From NCBI RefSeq assembly GCF_018350175.1, contig NC_058368.1, positions 5,456,001 through 5,520,000 of the forward strand: a stretch of 64,000 bases of DNA, written 5' to 3'. The notes under the pieces are model-generated. The model saw only the letters and a program-made list of their open reading frames with translations. It was not told where the DNA came from and made no database searches. The stretch comes from Felis catus (Eukaryota). Position numbers and translations under genes: made by a program. This document shows positions 13,487 to 24,520 of this stretch, in pieces (the first letter of the stretch is position 1; every line of letters starts with the position of its first letter).

Positions 13487-13950
13487 TTTTTTTTTTTTAA
13501 TTTTTTTTAACATTTATTTATTTATTTATTTTTAATTTTTTTTTCAATGTTTATTTATTTTTGGGACAGAGAGAGACAGAGCATGAACGGGGGAGGGGCA
13601 GAGAGAGAGGGAGACACAGAATTGGAAACAGGCTCCAGGCTCTGAGCCATCAGCCCAGAGCCTGACGCGGGGCTCGAACTCCCGGACCGCGAGATCGTGA
13701 CCTGGCTGAAGTCGGACGCTTAACCGACTGCGCCACCCAGGCGCCCCAACATTTATTTATTTTTGAGACAGAGAGAGATAGAGCATGAATGGGGGAGGGG
13801 CAGAGAGAGGGGGAGACCCAGAATCGGAAGCAGGCTCCAGGCTCTGAGCCATCAGCCCAGAGCCTGACGCGGGGCTCGAACTCCCGGACCGCGAGATCGT
13901 GACCTGAGCTGAAGTCGGACGCTCAACCGACTGAGCCACCCAGGCGCCCC
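13487..13950 (-). mobile_element. Can-SINE (outer element; its tail is split by a nested SINE)
   Basis: Body 13748-13950, remaining tail about 13487-13522; TSD TAAACAATTTTCTT at 13473-13486 and 13951-13964. Confidence 0.93.
13523..13747 (-). mobile_element. Young Can-SINE nested in the tail of another Can-SINE
   Basis: Complete element; TSD AACATTTATTTATT at 13509-13522 and 13748-13761. Confidence 0.93.
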
Positions 13951-15030
13951 TAAACAATTTTCTTGAGATACAATTCACCTTTAAAGTATATAGTTCAGTG
14001 TCTTTGAGGCTGCTCACGATGTGTTGTAACCATCACCGCAACCAATTTCAGACTATTTTTAGCCACCCCCCCGGAAAGAAACCCTCTTTTCTCCTGTTAG
14101 TCAGTCCCCATCCTCCACCCTCCCCCCCAGCCTCGCTCAGTGCTAAACAACCACGCATCTGCTTTCTTGTCTATACAGATTTGCCGATCTGGGACATTTC
14201 GTATGAATACAAGGATATGAGATGGGGTCTTCTGATTTCTTGCGCTTAACGTAATGTTTTCAAGGTTCCTCCGTGTTGCAGAATGTATCAGTACGTCGTT
14301 CCTTTTCGTAGCTGAATAACATTCCGTTGCATAGATATACCGCTGTTAGTCATCGATCTTGATTAGCACTTGGATTGTTTATACTTTTTGACCACTATGA
14401 GTAATGCTGCAACGGGGATTCGTGTATACGTTTCGTACGGACATCTGTTTTCGTTTCTCAAGGAGCGGAAATGCTGTGTCAGCTCGTACGTCTATGTCTG
14501 ATCTCTGGAAGAACCGTCAGGCCGGTTTCCAAAGTGGCTACCCCCTTTTACATTCTCACCAGCAATCTGTGGCTGTGACAGCTTGGCCATATCCATCTAC
14601 TTGTTATGTGTCTTTTTCACTGTTTAGCCCGGTGGGGTTAGAGTGGTATCTCATAGTTTTGATTTGCATTTCCCTGATGGCTAATAGTAATTAATTATAA
14701 AATGTAGATAAAATAGAAAAATTGAAATACTAAATTAATTGAAATATTAAAAATGAATAATGTTGAGCATCCTGGCATGTGCGTATCGGCCATGCTGATG
14801 TCTGTTCGAGTCCATTTTTAAGTTGGATTATTTGTCTTCTTGTTGAGTTGCAAGAGTTCTTTTTCTTTATGTACACCGTATACGACTGTCTTATCAGAAA
14901 TAGGATTTACAAATATTTTCTCCTTTTCTGTTGGTTGTCTTTTCATTTTCTTGAAGGTGTTGTTGGCAGCACAAAAGATTTCAATTTTGATGAAGTCCAC
15001 CTTATCTGTTTATTCTTGCATCCTGTGTTT
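13951..15030 (-). mobile_element. Old L1M (L1MB-like) 3' fragment
   Basis: tgagatacaattcac..taatgttttcaaggttc..ttccaaagtggct..ttttgatttgcatttccctgatggctaat..ttttgatgaagtcca. Confidence 0.85.
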
Positions 15031-15046
15031 TGGTGTCCTGTTGTAC

Positions 15047-15252
15047 TTAATCTTTTTTTGAGAGAGAGCACACCTGTAGGTGCGTGGGTGTGAGCAAGTG
15101 GGGGAGGGGCGGAGGACAAGGGCAAGAGAGAATCCCAAGCGGGCTCCACAGCCAGCGAGGCGCCGGATGCAGGCTTGATCTTACAACTGTGAGATCGTGA
15201 CCGGAGCTTAAAGCAAGAGCCAGAGGCGTAACTCACTGAGCGACCCAGGTGC
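15047..15252 (-). mobile_element. Older, diverged Can-SINE
   Basis: gagagaatcccaagcgggctcc..gtgagatcgtgaccggagc..actgagcgacccaggtgcc. Confidence 0.85.
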
Positions 15253-15269
15253 CTCTATCCTGTCTTTTT

Positions 15270-15468
15270 TTTTTTTTTTTTTTAATTGGTTTTTGAGAGA
15301 GAACAAGCAGTGGGGGGCGGGGAGGGTAGAGAGAGGGAGAACAGAGGATCGGAAGCGGGCTTTTTGCCGACGGCAGCTAACCCGACGTGGGGCTTGAGCT
15401 CACAAACCGCGAGATCATGACCTGAGCCAGAGTCTGACGCCCAACGGACTGGGCCACCCAGGAGCCCC
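15270..15468 (-). mobile_element. Can-SINE inserted at the head of the previous SINE
   Basis: TSD CTCTATCCTGTCTTTTT at 15253-15269 and 15469-15485. Confidence 0.9.
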
Positions 15469-16994
15469 CTCTATCCTGTCTTTTTGAAGCAGCTGATACT
15501 GTGCTTTCTTCCCTGGGTTCCATTTGGGCACGTTAGCTCAGGGACGCGCACGTGGCAAGAAGTGGAGAAGGAGTAGTGGTGAAACGCTCTTATAATTTCC
15601 CCTTTGTGTCTGTGCCGTAAAGCTGCCGAGTTAGGTACCTGGTTTCTTCGAGGTCCACAGCACTAGGGGTTGCTACTCTAGTTCCACCCGGAGCCAGAAG
15701 TCATGGTGAGGACGTCCCTCTCCCTTGCCAACCTCGAGTGGGTCACGGGGCCACCACCCTGACTTGTCGGTGAGCAGAATCCAGCAACAAGAAACAACAT
15801 GGGAAAGTCTGGTAAACTAAATCAAAGCAAACGTGCTCTCACTTCATGGTTTTTCGAAGGGAAATCAAAACGAGTCCGTTTGGATTCTCCGGGGAGAGCA
15901 GGAATGCCTTCAAGGCTTTACAGGAACACGCCGCTTCCTTGCCAGGTGCTGGATACTAAAGAAAAACATCTTCTCCCCCTTCTTCCTTTGGCTGCTTTCA
16001 GAGGGCTTTGTGTATCGCATAAAGCTGTGCACTCAAAGACTTCACAGGAAGGACTTCAAACTGGAATTGGCACAGAAAGAGGAAATTTCAAATTAAATAC
16101 TGTTACTGTCTACAAAATAGAAACACTAATTGAAAAAAGGAATCTAGGAGAGCGTACCACTGTTACTACTCTAGGAAACATTTCTTGGCTGGTTTCACAC
16201 TCAAGATTTTAAGAACATCAACACCTACTTTAAAAAAAAAAAAAGCACTCGTGTACTTCAGATGTTGCTTACTATTCATTGAGAATTTAACCGTAAATTA
16301 AATTTAATGTGACTTCAAACATAAGGTTGACCTTAATTCTCACTTTTCATCTTTAAAATGTAATCACTGTAAAAGTTACCCCTTTCTCTAATAATAGAAG
16401 AAAATAATTGCTTTCGGAAAATAACCTCAGTGAGCCCGTGAAGCCCCGTGTCCTGTCAACGTTGATTCCGAGACTGGCGGATGTTGTATAAAAACTGATA
16501 ACACCTTTCAGCGAAAACAATATTTTAGGCAGAAAACAGAGGAAATAATGTAAGAATTTGTTACCTACTTTGCGGACACTAGACTCACACACATTTAGCT
16601 AGTTATACCTTATTATACCCAAAATGTTTTCCATGTAGTTAAAATCCTAGAAGGGTCATTACATGGTCAGCAAAACAGGTACAGGTCAGAAATCTCCTGA
16701 GGTTTACTGTTGTATCTTCCAGGGACCCTGCCACATTATCTATCGAGGTAAAAACTGGTTGGTCTAATCACATTTCTGTCGGAGGCTTGATACGTGCATT
16801 GTGTGTCCGGGAGAATAGTGACATGGTCTGTGCCTGTTAAGAGCAAAGAGTAAATGAGAGTATATGACAGGACTCCCGTATCTTCTACTTTACATCTTAC
16901 GTGGGCCCCGACTCCTTGTAAGCAGGGCCTCAGAGAAACTAGCAGGTCCCCGACTCCAGTGACCTGTATCTTGCCATATGCAAAGATTCTCAAT

Positions 16995-17260
16995 TTCCTT
17001 CTTGATTCCTCCTCAGCAGCTGAAGTCAGTGGCTCCCCCCGCTGGATCCTCATGTGTTTCTGTGACTCCTCTTTTTCCTACGTGTCTTCCTTATGGGATC
17101 TTTTCAGCAGCCTTTGAAGTGTCCTGTTTCCAAGGTTTTGCCTTGGCCTCGTCATACCACCCCCCCGCCACGTCTTCTCCCTGGTGCGTTCCATTTTTTT
17201 CCAGGGCCCCGTTCATCCTCTCCGTTCGTGAGTCACAACACCAGCTTTATCCTGAACCAT
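16995..17260 (+). mobile_element. Degraded L2 reverse-transcriptase-region fragment
   Basis: cttgattcctcctcagcagctgaagtcagtggctcccc (LDLSAAFDTVDH-like), gtgtcctgtttccaaggttttgccttggcc (GVPQGSVLGP-like) and ccagctttatcctga (YHLYADD-like) occur in the expected order. Confidence 0.55.
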
Positions 17261-17810
17261 CTAGAAAACTTAAACAATTTTTGTCCTCAACAATTTAAAT
17301 ACAGGATTATCCTCTGACCCAGCAATGCCACTGCTAGGAGTATAACCCAAAGAATCAAGAATGGGTCATCAGGCAGATACTTGTATGTTGATGTTCATAG
17401 CAGCGCTATTCACAACAGCCAAAAGGTAGAAACAACCCAAATGTCCCCTGATGGATGAATGGATCAACAAAGGGTGGTGTATCCATACAGTGGAATATTA
17501 TTTGGACATAAAAACGGGAAAGCGTGGATATACATGCTACAACGTGGATGAACCTCAAACACATACCTAGTGAAAGAAGCTGTTACAAGAGATCACATAT
17601 CATATGTTTCCATTCATATGAAATATTCAGAATAGGTAAATTCATACAGACGAAGGCAGATTAGTTGCTTCCAGGGACTACGGGAGAAGGAACATAAAGT
17701 GATTGTTGAATGGGTACAGGATTTCCTTCTGGGGTGATGAAAACGTTTTGGAACTAGATGGTTGCACAAGGTTGTGAATATACTAAATGCCACTGAACTG
17801 TTAACATTTT

Positions 17811-18039
17811 TTTAGTTTTATTTTATTTTATTTAATTTTTAACGTTTATTGATTTTAGAGAGAGAGAAAGAGTGCAAGCAGGGGAGGGACAGAGAGAGAG
17901 GGAGACACAGAATCCGAAGCAGGCTCCAGGCTCCAAGCTGTCAGCACAGAGCCCAATGCGGGGCTCGAACTCATGAACCGTGAGATCATGCCCTGAGCCG
18001 AAGTCAGACACTTAACCGACTGAGCCACTCAGGCGCCCC
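17811..18039 (-). mobile_element. Can-SINE
   Basis: Complete element; TSD TGAACTGTTA(A)CATTTT at 17794-17810 and from 18040. Confidence 0.93.
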
Positions 18040-18070
18040 TGAACTGTTACATTTTAAAATGGCTAATTTT

Positions 18071-18293
18071 TTTTTTTTTAATTTTTTTTTCAACGTTTAT
18101 TTATTTTTGGGACAGAGAGAGACAGAGCATGAACAGGGGAGGGGCAGAGAGAGAGGGAGACACAGAATCGGAAACAGGCTCCAGGCTCTGAGCCATCAGC
18201 CCAGAGCCCGACGTGGGGCTCGAACTCACAGACCGCGAGATCGTGACCTGGCTGAAGTCGGACGCTTAACCGACTGCGCCACCCAGGCGCCCC
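18071..18293 (-). mobile_element. Young Can-SINE
   Basis: TSD TTAAA[A/G]TGGCTAATTTT at 18054-18070 and 18294-18310. Confidence 0.95.
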
Positions 18294-18352
18294 TTAAAGT
18301 GGCTAATTTTATGTTATGTGAACTTTCTCTTAAAAAAACAATAACAAATGAA

Positions 18353-18568
18353 GGGGAACCTGGGTGGCTCAGTCGGTTAATCGGCTGACTTTGGCTCAGG
18401 TCATGACCTTGTGGTTCACGAGTTCGAGCCCTACATTGGGCTCTGTGCTGATAGCCCGGATCCTAGAGCCTGCTTCGGATTCTGTGTCTCCCTCTCTCTC
18501 TCTGCCCCTCCCCTGCTAGTAATCTCTCTCTCTCTCTCTCTCAAAGATAAATAAAACATTAAAAAAAT
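18353..18568 (+). mobile_element. Can-SINE
   Basis: ggggaacctgggtggctcagtcggttaa head, B box gttcgagccc, (CT)n, A tail. Confidence 0.92.
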
Positions 18569-18829
18569 GAATAAAAGTATTCATCCATTTAAATGAAATG
18601 TATGTTGAATGAACAAAACAGAAGTTTGAATGAAAGTGCCCTTTGTTTGAATTAAATCTTTGTGGAAAAGAAGAAGAAGAAGAAAAAAAAAAAAAAAAAA
18701 GACAAGACTGCTTCCCAGGCTCTAACCCAGAACAATGAAATCCGAACTCTAGGGATTATACAAGCCACTCTTCCCCAACTTTGATTCTAGTGAGTATTTG
18801 GGGTTGAGAGGAGAGGACTTCCCCAGTCT

Positions 18830-19045
18830 GTCAGCATGTCCAGCATAACCCCTTTCTTCAGCCCCCCCGTGTCTGAGACTTTTTCACACTGACCTTGGCA
18901 TACCTTAAATTCAACATGTGTAGGCTGAATTAGTCACAATCCCTGGTCTACGCGTCCCCTCATTTCTTCTGGGCTTTCCCACTAGTTTTCGGAGTTTTCT
19001 GTCCCAGGTGATGGTACCACGCACCTCACAGCTACCAGAGCCTTT
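18830..19045 (+). mobile_element. L2 fragment (likely continuation of the 16995-17260 L2)
   Basis: ggcataccttaaattcaacatgtgtaggctgaatt resembles L2 acctcaaactcaacatgtccaaaactgaact; also gatggtaccacgcacc. Confidence 0.5.
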
Positions 19046-19104
19046 TCGTAACATAACAGGCACTGTTCTGTATTTGAGGGACCTGTAAGAAACGAAACCA
19101 CGTA

Positions 19105-19288
19105 GGGGCGCCTGGGTGGCTCAGTCGGTTGAGCGTCCGACTCTTGGTTTCGGCTCAGGTTCTGGTCTCACGGTTCGTGAGTTTAAACCCCGCATCGGGC
19201 TCCGTGCTAACAACAGGGAGGCTGCTTGGGATTTTCTCTCTCTCCCTCCCTCTCTTTCTCTCAAAAAAGAAAGAAAAAAACCAAACCT
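19105..19288 (+). mobile_element. Can-SINE
   Basis: ggggcgcctgggtggctcagtcggttgagcgtccgactcttggtttcgg; imperfect TSD aacca[c/t]gta. Confidence 0.92.
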
Positions 19289-22200
19289 GAACCATGTAAG
19301 TAAATTATTGTATTGAATCAAAAATTGCACTCTCTTAATTTGTTGATCCTTGGTAAATATTGTCTTTGTTTTTATAAAGAAGAAATAAAGGCCTCAGTAA
19401 AATTAGAGTGTCTCCTCCATGACTTCACCTAAAAAAGCAAGGGAGGCATTGTGAGTTTATCCTGGATACGAACAGTACCGGGGCCCGTGCTCTTAAATCA
19501 TGTAGTCGGCTGTGGCGGCTAATTTATAGTCATGTGTTTATTACTGTCAGGACTCGAGTTTTATATGAAGTTTTGGCTTTGAACATGTTCCACCTGAAGA
19601 ATTTGTGTGAACCTATTTAGCATAAAGTCTGGTAGGATTTGTCTTTCTCCAAGAAGTCACGTAGGAAATGTGTAAACCATTTTTTATCTGTTCAAGAAGG
19701 AGTTCTCTGTTCTCTGTTCTTTCTTCCCTGTGTCCTTGGAACCTACCGTCTTTCACGTTCTCTCATTTTTCCTTTTTCTCCGACGTTCTTGAGTTTTGTC
19801 AAAACGGAGATAAATTTTCTGGGCACAGACTTGGGATGGGGCGGGTCTTTGGCCTCTTGAGAACATTCAGAAATTGAAAATGTTAACATGGATCGTCAGG
19901 AAAAAAGTCACGAAAGAATCGTCAGGGCTCCCCTTGTGAGGAAGTTGTGGCCCCGCCACGGTCCCCTGCAAGTGCAGGTGATGCTCATTGTCCCCAGTGC
20001 CACCATATTAGCAGATGTGATTTATGACTGTATATCTCCGGGCAGGAGGTGGAGCGGGAGGAAAACACCACAGCAGGGTGGATGTGCAAATGAAGGGTTT
20101 CAGAAAACATCATTTATTTTCTTGGGTGTGTTTCGACTTCTGTCTTTCAGGGTAGATTCAAAGATAAACATGTGTGAACCTACCATGATACCATAGAAAT
20201 ACGGCGAAGAGAAAAAAGCAGATTGGGCACAGCAGACGTTTCTAAAAAGCTTTTTGGGTTTATTTTTCTAACTTGAAGAGTGATTTATATTTCTCGTAGG
20301 ACAAAAAATAGAAAATTCAGATAAGCGAAAAGAAAGAAATCAGAATTCACAGTCCCCCCAACTAGAGTTCATCACGGTTAGCAGTTGATATTTAAATCTA
20401 GATCTCTCTCAGTTAAAATAATTTTTATCAGAAGTGGTTTAGGTTATTTACAATATGTGAAGCAAAAAAGGTTATAAACCTTAAAGATGGTTATAAAGGT
20501 TTAGTTTCTATGTGAAATCATGATATGAAATGTTTTCTAAAAGCTTGCTAATCTTCTGTTATGAAAACACCATGATTAATCTATTTCTATTGTTGGGTAT
20601 CTGGGTTAACACGTTATTTTTTTACTGTTAGGAATATCACTACCATAAGATTTTTATAGCTAAATCTTTGCAAAGACACTTGATGATTTCCATAAAATAG
20701 CAATTCAAGAGTAAGCCACGTAGAAATTGGCAGAAGTGTTTGTACCCTTCACCTAAGAAAGGGAAGTTATTTGATTGGGAGTGAGAGAGATGTGGTCAGG
20801 AGCTCGCTCCCTGCTGGGACAAATGTGTTCCCCTCGTTCGGCCAGCTTGGTGTGGGGTTTATTTTCCCCACCAAGAACGGGGAGCAGTCGAGAGATTACT
20901 TTGTGGCAGGATGCGTGTGGGGTTGAAAAAGAAATCACAGCATTTTTAGTCACGGACAGTGTATCATCTCCGCGGCTGGTTCGACCTTGTTTTCTGGACT
21001 CTCGTAAGCCTGTGACTCACTTAGCCTGCATCCCCGAACCTGTACACTGGCCCTACCTTCAGACTACTTAGGGTAGGAAAGAACTGGCTCTTTCCACTTG
21101 GTCTCCACTCCAGCTTAGCTTTTTACATTAATGAGGCATGATGGATAATAAGAAATCTTAGAACATGATGCATTTTGCGTGTGGTATCTTTCAGCCTGTG
21201 AACCACACACAAGAATTCTATCCAGACAGAGTTCAGACACACTAATTAGAATTGTACCACCAATTGTGTTTTGGTTGGCGTCCACGTTGGTAGGGGGCCA
21301 ATCATACACTTGCAAAAATAAAACTTTTCTTTAGTTTCTTTCATGATACGATTTCTCAGCATCATACATGTTTAGTTAGAAGTCAGCTTCCACCTTTGAC
21401 ATTTCGTTCCAGAGAACATTATTAACTTGTCGAGGGTGTAAGCCTATCCTTGGGTTGTTTGTATTACAGCTTAGCATGTACGCCCGTTTGTTGATTAAAT
21501 GCAATTAAGGTAGAATTCATTCTTAGACAGGGTTTTGTTTTGTTTTGGCATTTTTTTTTTTTTCACTGAGCTCTAAAATGAATGCTATTATTTGAGTGAT
21601 TGTGGCAATTTTATTTGGTCCTAACTGGCCTTTTTGTTGCTGTGCTCAAAGTGAGTGTGCTCAGATGTGTTATGATTCCTCAGCAACATGTTGAATAAAA
21701 ACAACGTCCAAAAAGCCCGCCGTTTAAAAAATGTTTTCCGTCCACAGGTTTTACCATTATTTACTCAGAATGAAAATTAGATTGATGTAGATTCTGTACC
21801 ATAGAGAAATAGCTTATTTAATCATTGTATAGACTGGCATATGTGGGAACTTGGCAATCTTAATAGAACAAGGAATCCCTTTCTGAGTAATTCTAGCTGA
21901 GAAAAAAAAAGCCATTTTATTAAACATTTTGGAATCAAAGCCAATTTTGATGACACGTTTAGAAATGGAGGACTGTTTTCGCCTTAAATAACTATTGCGG
22001 GACCAGTCACTCTATAGTATCAACTCTTGACTATGAAGGATTTCTGGGGTTTTTTTCCTCCGGCTAAAAGTGACATATTATCAATATTTATCTGTAGCTC
22101 CTAGAGGTGAAGAGTCGAAAGATAAATTAACCCGTCAACTTGGTTACTTGTGTCCTGAACTAGCAAACTGCTTTGGTGGGAAGATACAGTACTTGTGGCA

Positions 22201-22385
22201 AAATACAAGCAAATATTTTAGTATAAGATTTAAAATACAGAAAGTTCTTCTGTAGGAAAATCTGTTAGATGATCCAAATTAAAAGTTAGCACCTGTGACA
22301 TGTTGCCATGACAGAAATCTCTAGCAGGGGGCATTTAGTAATATGGTTAGATCTTTTAATAGTGTGCTGTATAATTGCGAGCACA

Positions 22386-22387
22386 TT

Positions 22388-22470
<83 letters not shown>
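22386..22470. repeat. (TTTC)n tetranucleotide microsatellite, about 21 units, in the L1 tail position
   Basis: Uninterrupted tttc repeats read directly. Confidence 0.97.
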
Positions 22471-22926
22471 ATTCAGTATATGACATTTATTGTCAAATTG
22501 GTTTGCATACAACACCCAGTGCTCATCCCAGAAGGTGCCCTCCTCAATACCCATCACCCACCCTCCCCTCCCTCCCACCCCCCATCAACCCTCAGTTTGT
22601 TCTCTGTTTTTAAGAGTCTCTTATGCTTTGGCTCTCTCCCACTGTAACCTCTTTTTTTTTTTTTCCTTCCCCACCCCCATGGGTTTCTGTTAAGTTTCTC
22701 AGGATCCACATAAGAGTGAAACCATATGGTATCTGTCTTTCTCTGTATGGCTTATTTCACTTAGCATCACACTCTCCAGTTCCATCCACGTTGCTACAAA
22801 GGGCCATATTTCATTCTTTCTCATTGCCACGTAGTACTCCATTGTGTATAGAAACCACAATTTCTTTATCCATTCATCAGGTGATGGACACTTAGGCTCT
22901 TTCCATAATTTGGCTGTTGTTGAGAG
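22392..22926 (-). mobile_element. 5'-truncated young felid L1 (ORF2 C-terminus plus 3' UTR)
   Basis: ORF 22699-22938 encodes the L1 ORF2 C-terminus (AKLWKEPKCPSPDEWIKKLW..MEYY..WMELESVMLSEIS); 17-bp TSD TTG[C/T]GAGCACATTTCTT at 22375-22391 and 22927-22943. Confidence 0.95.
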
Positions 22927-23977
22927 TTGTGAGCACATTTCTTAGGAAATTTTTTTTTTTTTTTGGTTATAAAATGGGTGTTACCGTACCACTGTTCTTC
23001 TCTCACAGAGCTGTCCTTCTGAACGGTTCTGAGACGTGGCTTTTGTGGTAAAAGTTCCCCTTGGTTTCTGATCTTCACACTGTGTCATCGACACAGATAC
23101 AAAATGGACAATAGACTAGTGCCTTCCTTCTCGTCAGGCACTAGTCTAAGAATTATGGTAATCGGGCCTGTGTGATCCCCCATCTCTCCGCTCTGCCGCT
23201 TTCAACACATTGGGACCCAGATGAGGCGCCAGGAGAGCTTGTAGACACATCACTTTTCAAGTTTTTTCCTGTGTTTCTTCCTCTTCCTCTTTTCATGAAT
23301 GATTAATTCATCAGCGCGTGTCATTTTTGACAACAGTGCTTTGCCAAATGAAACAAGGTGATGTTAGGTCAAACCGTGGTCCAAAATTCTGAAGTAGAAG
23401 CTCATAATATTTGGCATCTTTCCTACTAGAAAAACAAACCAGGAGAAAAAAAAAAAGTCAAGAATAGAGCCTAACTAAACATGTGGAATGTGTCATGAAT
23501 ATTTATATCCCCAAGTCTTGCCTTGTGATAGTATTTGTGTTTAAGGTGGTTTTTTTTTTTTTTCTTTTTCCTGTGAAATAGTTCAGAATGTGTTTCATTA
23601 ATACAAGTGTCATGTTAACTTTCATTAGGAAAAAATTCCACTTCTTCTGACAACATTGACACCTTTCTGATGGAGCATATGCAAAGTAGCTCTTACGTTA
23701 ATTGGTCCCAAAGAAAATTATGTTTTCCAGTTTCCTGCCTATACATCTGACACTTTCCCTCATTTAGTACCTGCTCAATTATCGATGCTTTTTCCCTTTT
23801 CCTGATTTTGACAGCCAGTATTCCTCCTATGACTTTGAAAACCATAAGGAATACCCCATCCTGGAAGCTTAACTGTCCTCCAGTTTGAACAGGAAGTACC
23901 AAGATGACCGTGAGCAACTATTCCCAGACTGCAGCCTTCTCTGGTTTGTTTGTTGATTGGTCGGTTGCTTGTTTTTC

Positions 23978-24520
23978 CAGCTTTATTGAGGTGTAATTGG
24001 TATACAGGAAATTGCATCTAATTAACATGTACAGTTTGAGTTTGAACGTATATATACACTCTTGTTACCGTCATCACAAGCCAGGTAATGGACATGTCCA
24101 TCCCCTCCAAAAGTTCCCTTGTGTCCCTTTGGTTTGGGTAGTGTTTTTGTGTTTTTTTTTTTTTTTTTTTGGATTGTTGTGTGTTTTGTTCTTGGGTGCA
24201 GTAAGAGCCCTCAGCAGGAGCTCTACCTCCTAATAACTTATTAAATGCACAACACCTTAGTGTCAGCCGTAGGCACTGTGTGGTATGGCAGGTCTCTGGA
24301 ACCTGCTCGCGAGTAACTGTACCTTTCTACCCATCGAGCGACGGCTCCCAGTTCCCCTCCCCCCAGCCCTTGGTAGCCACCATTCGTGGACTTCTATACC
24401 TTTGATTATTTTATGTGCCTCCCATAAATGGAATCGTGCAGTGGTACTTGTCCTTCCGTGACTGACTGACTTCACTTAGCACAATGTCTTCCAGGTCCGT
24501 CCGTGCTGTCACCATGGCAG
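23978..24520 (-). mobile_element. L1MA-type 3' end fragment
   Basis: ccagctttattgaggtgtaattgg..ccccagcccttggtagccaccattc..gactgacttcacttagcacaatgtcttccaggtcc. Confidence 0.82.

Larger units (their letters stand above)
17285..18340 (+). mobile_element. L1M (L1MB-like) 3' end interrupted by two Can-SINEs
   Basis: gacccagcaatgccactgctagg..atgttcatagcagcgctattcacaacagccaaaaggtagaaacaacccaaatgtcc..ggggtgatgaaaacgttttggaacta; terminal ttttatgttatgtgaa resumes at about 18307-18322. Confidence 0.88.

Noticed and set aside
19405..19422. AG|A GTG TCT CCT CCA TGA resembles the start of the expected next ATP8A2 exon (R-V-S-P-L-Q-K) in the correct phase
   Set aside because: The match lasts only about 11 nt and then hits a stop (VSPP*), and there is no polypyrimidine tract upstream (cagtaaaattag). 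It is most likely chance. The real next exon appears to lie beyond the window.
22699..22938. 79-aa ORF with clear protein similarity
   Set aside because: It is the C-terminal remnant of L1 ORF2 in a 5'-truncated insertion with no promoter, not a host gene.
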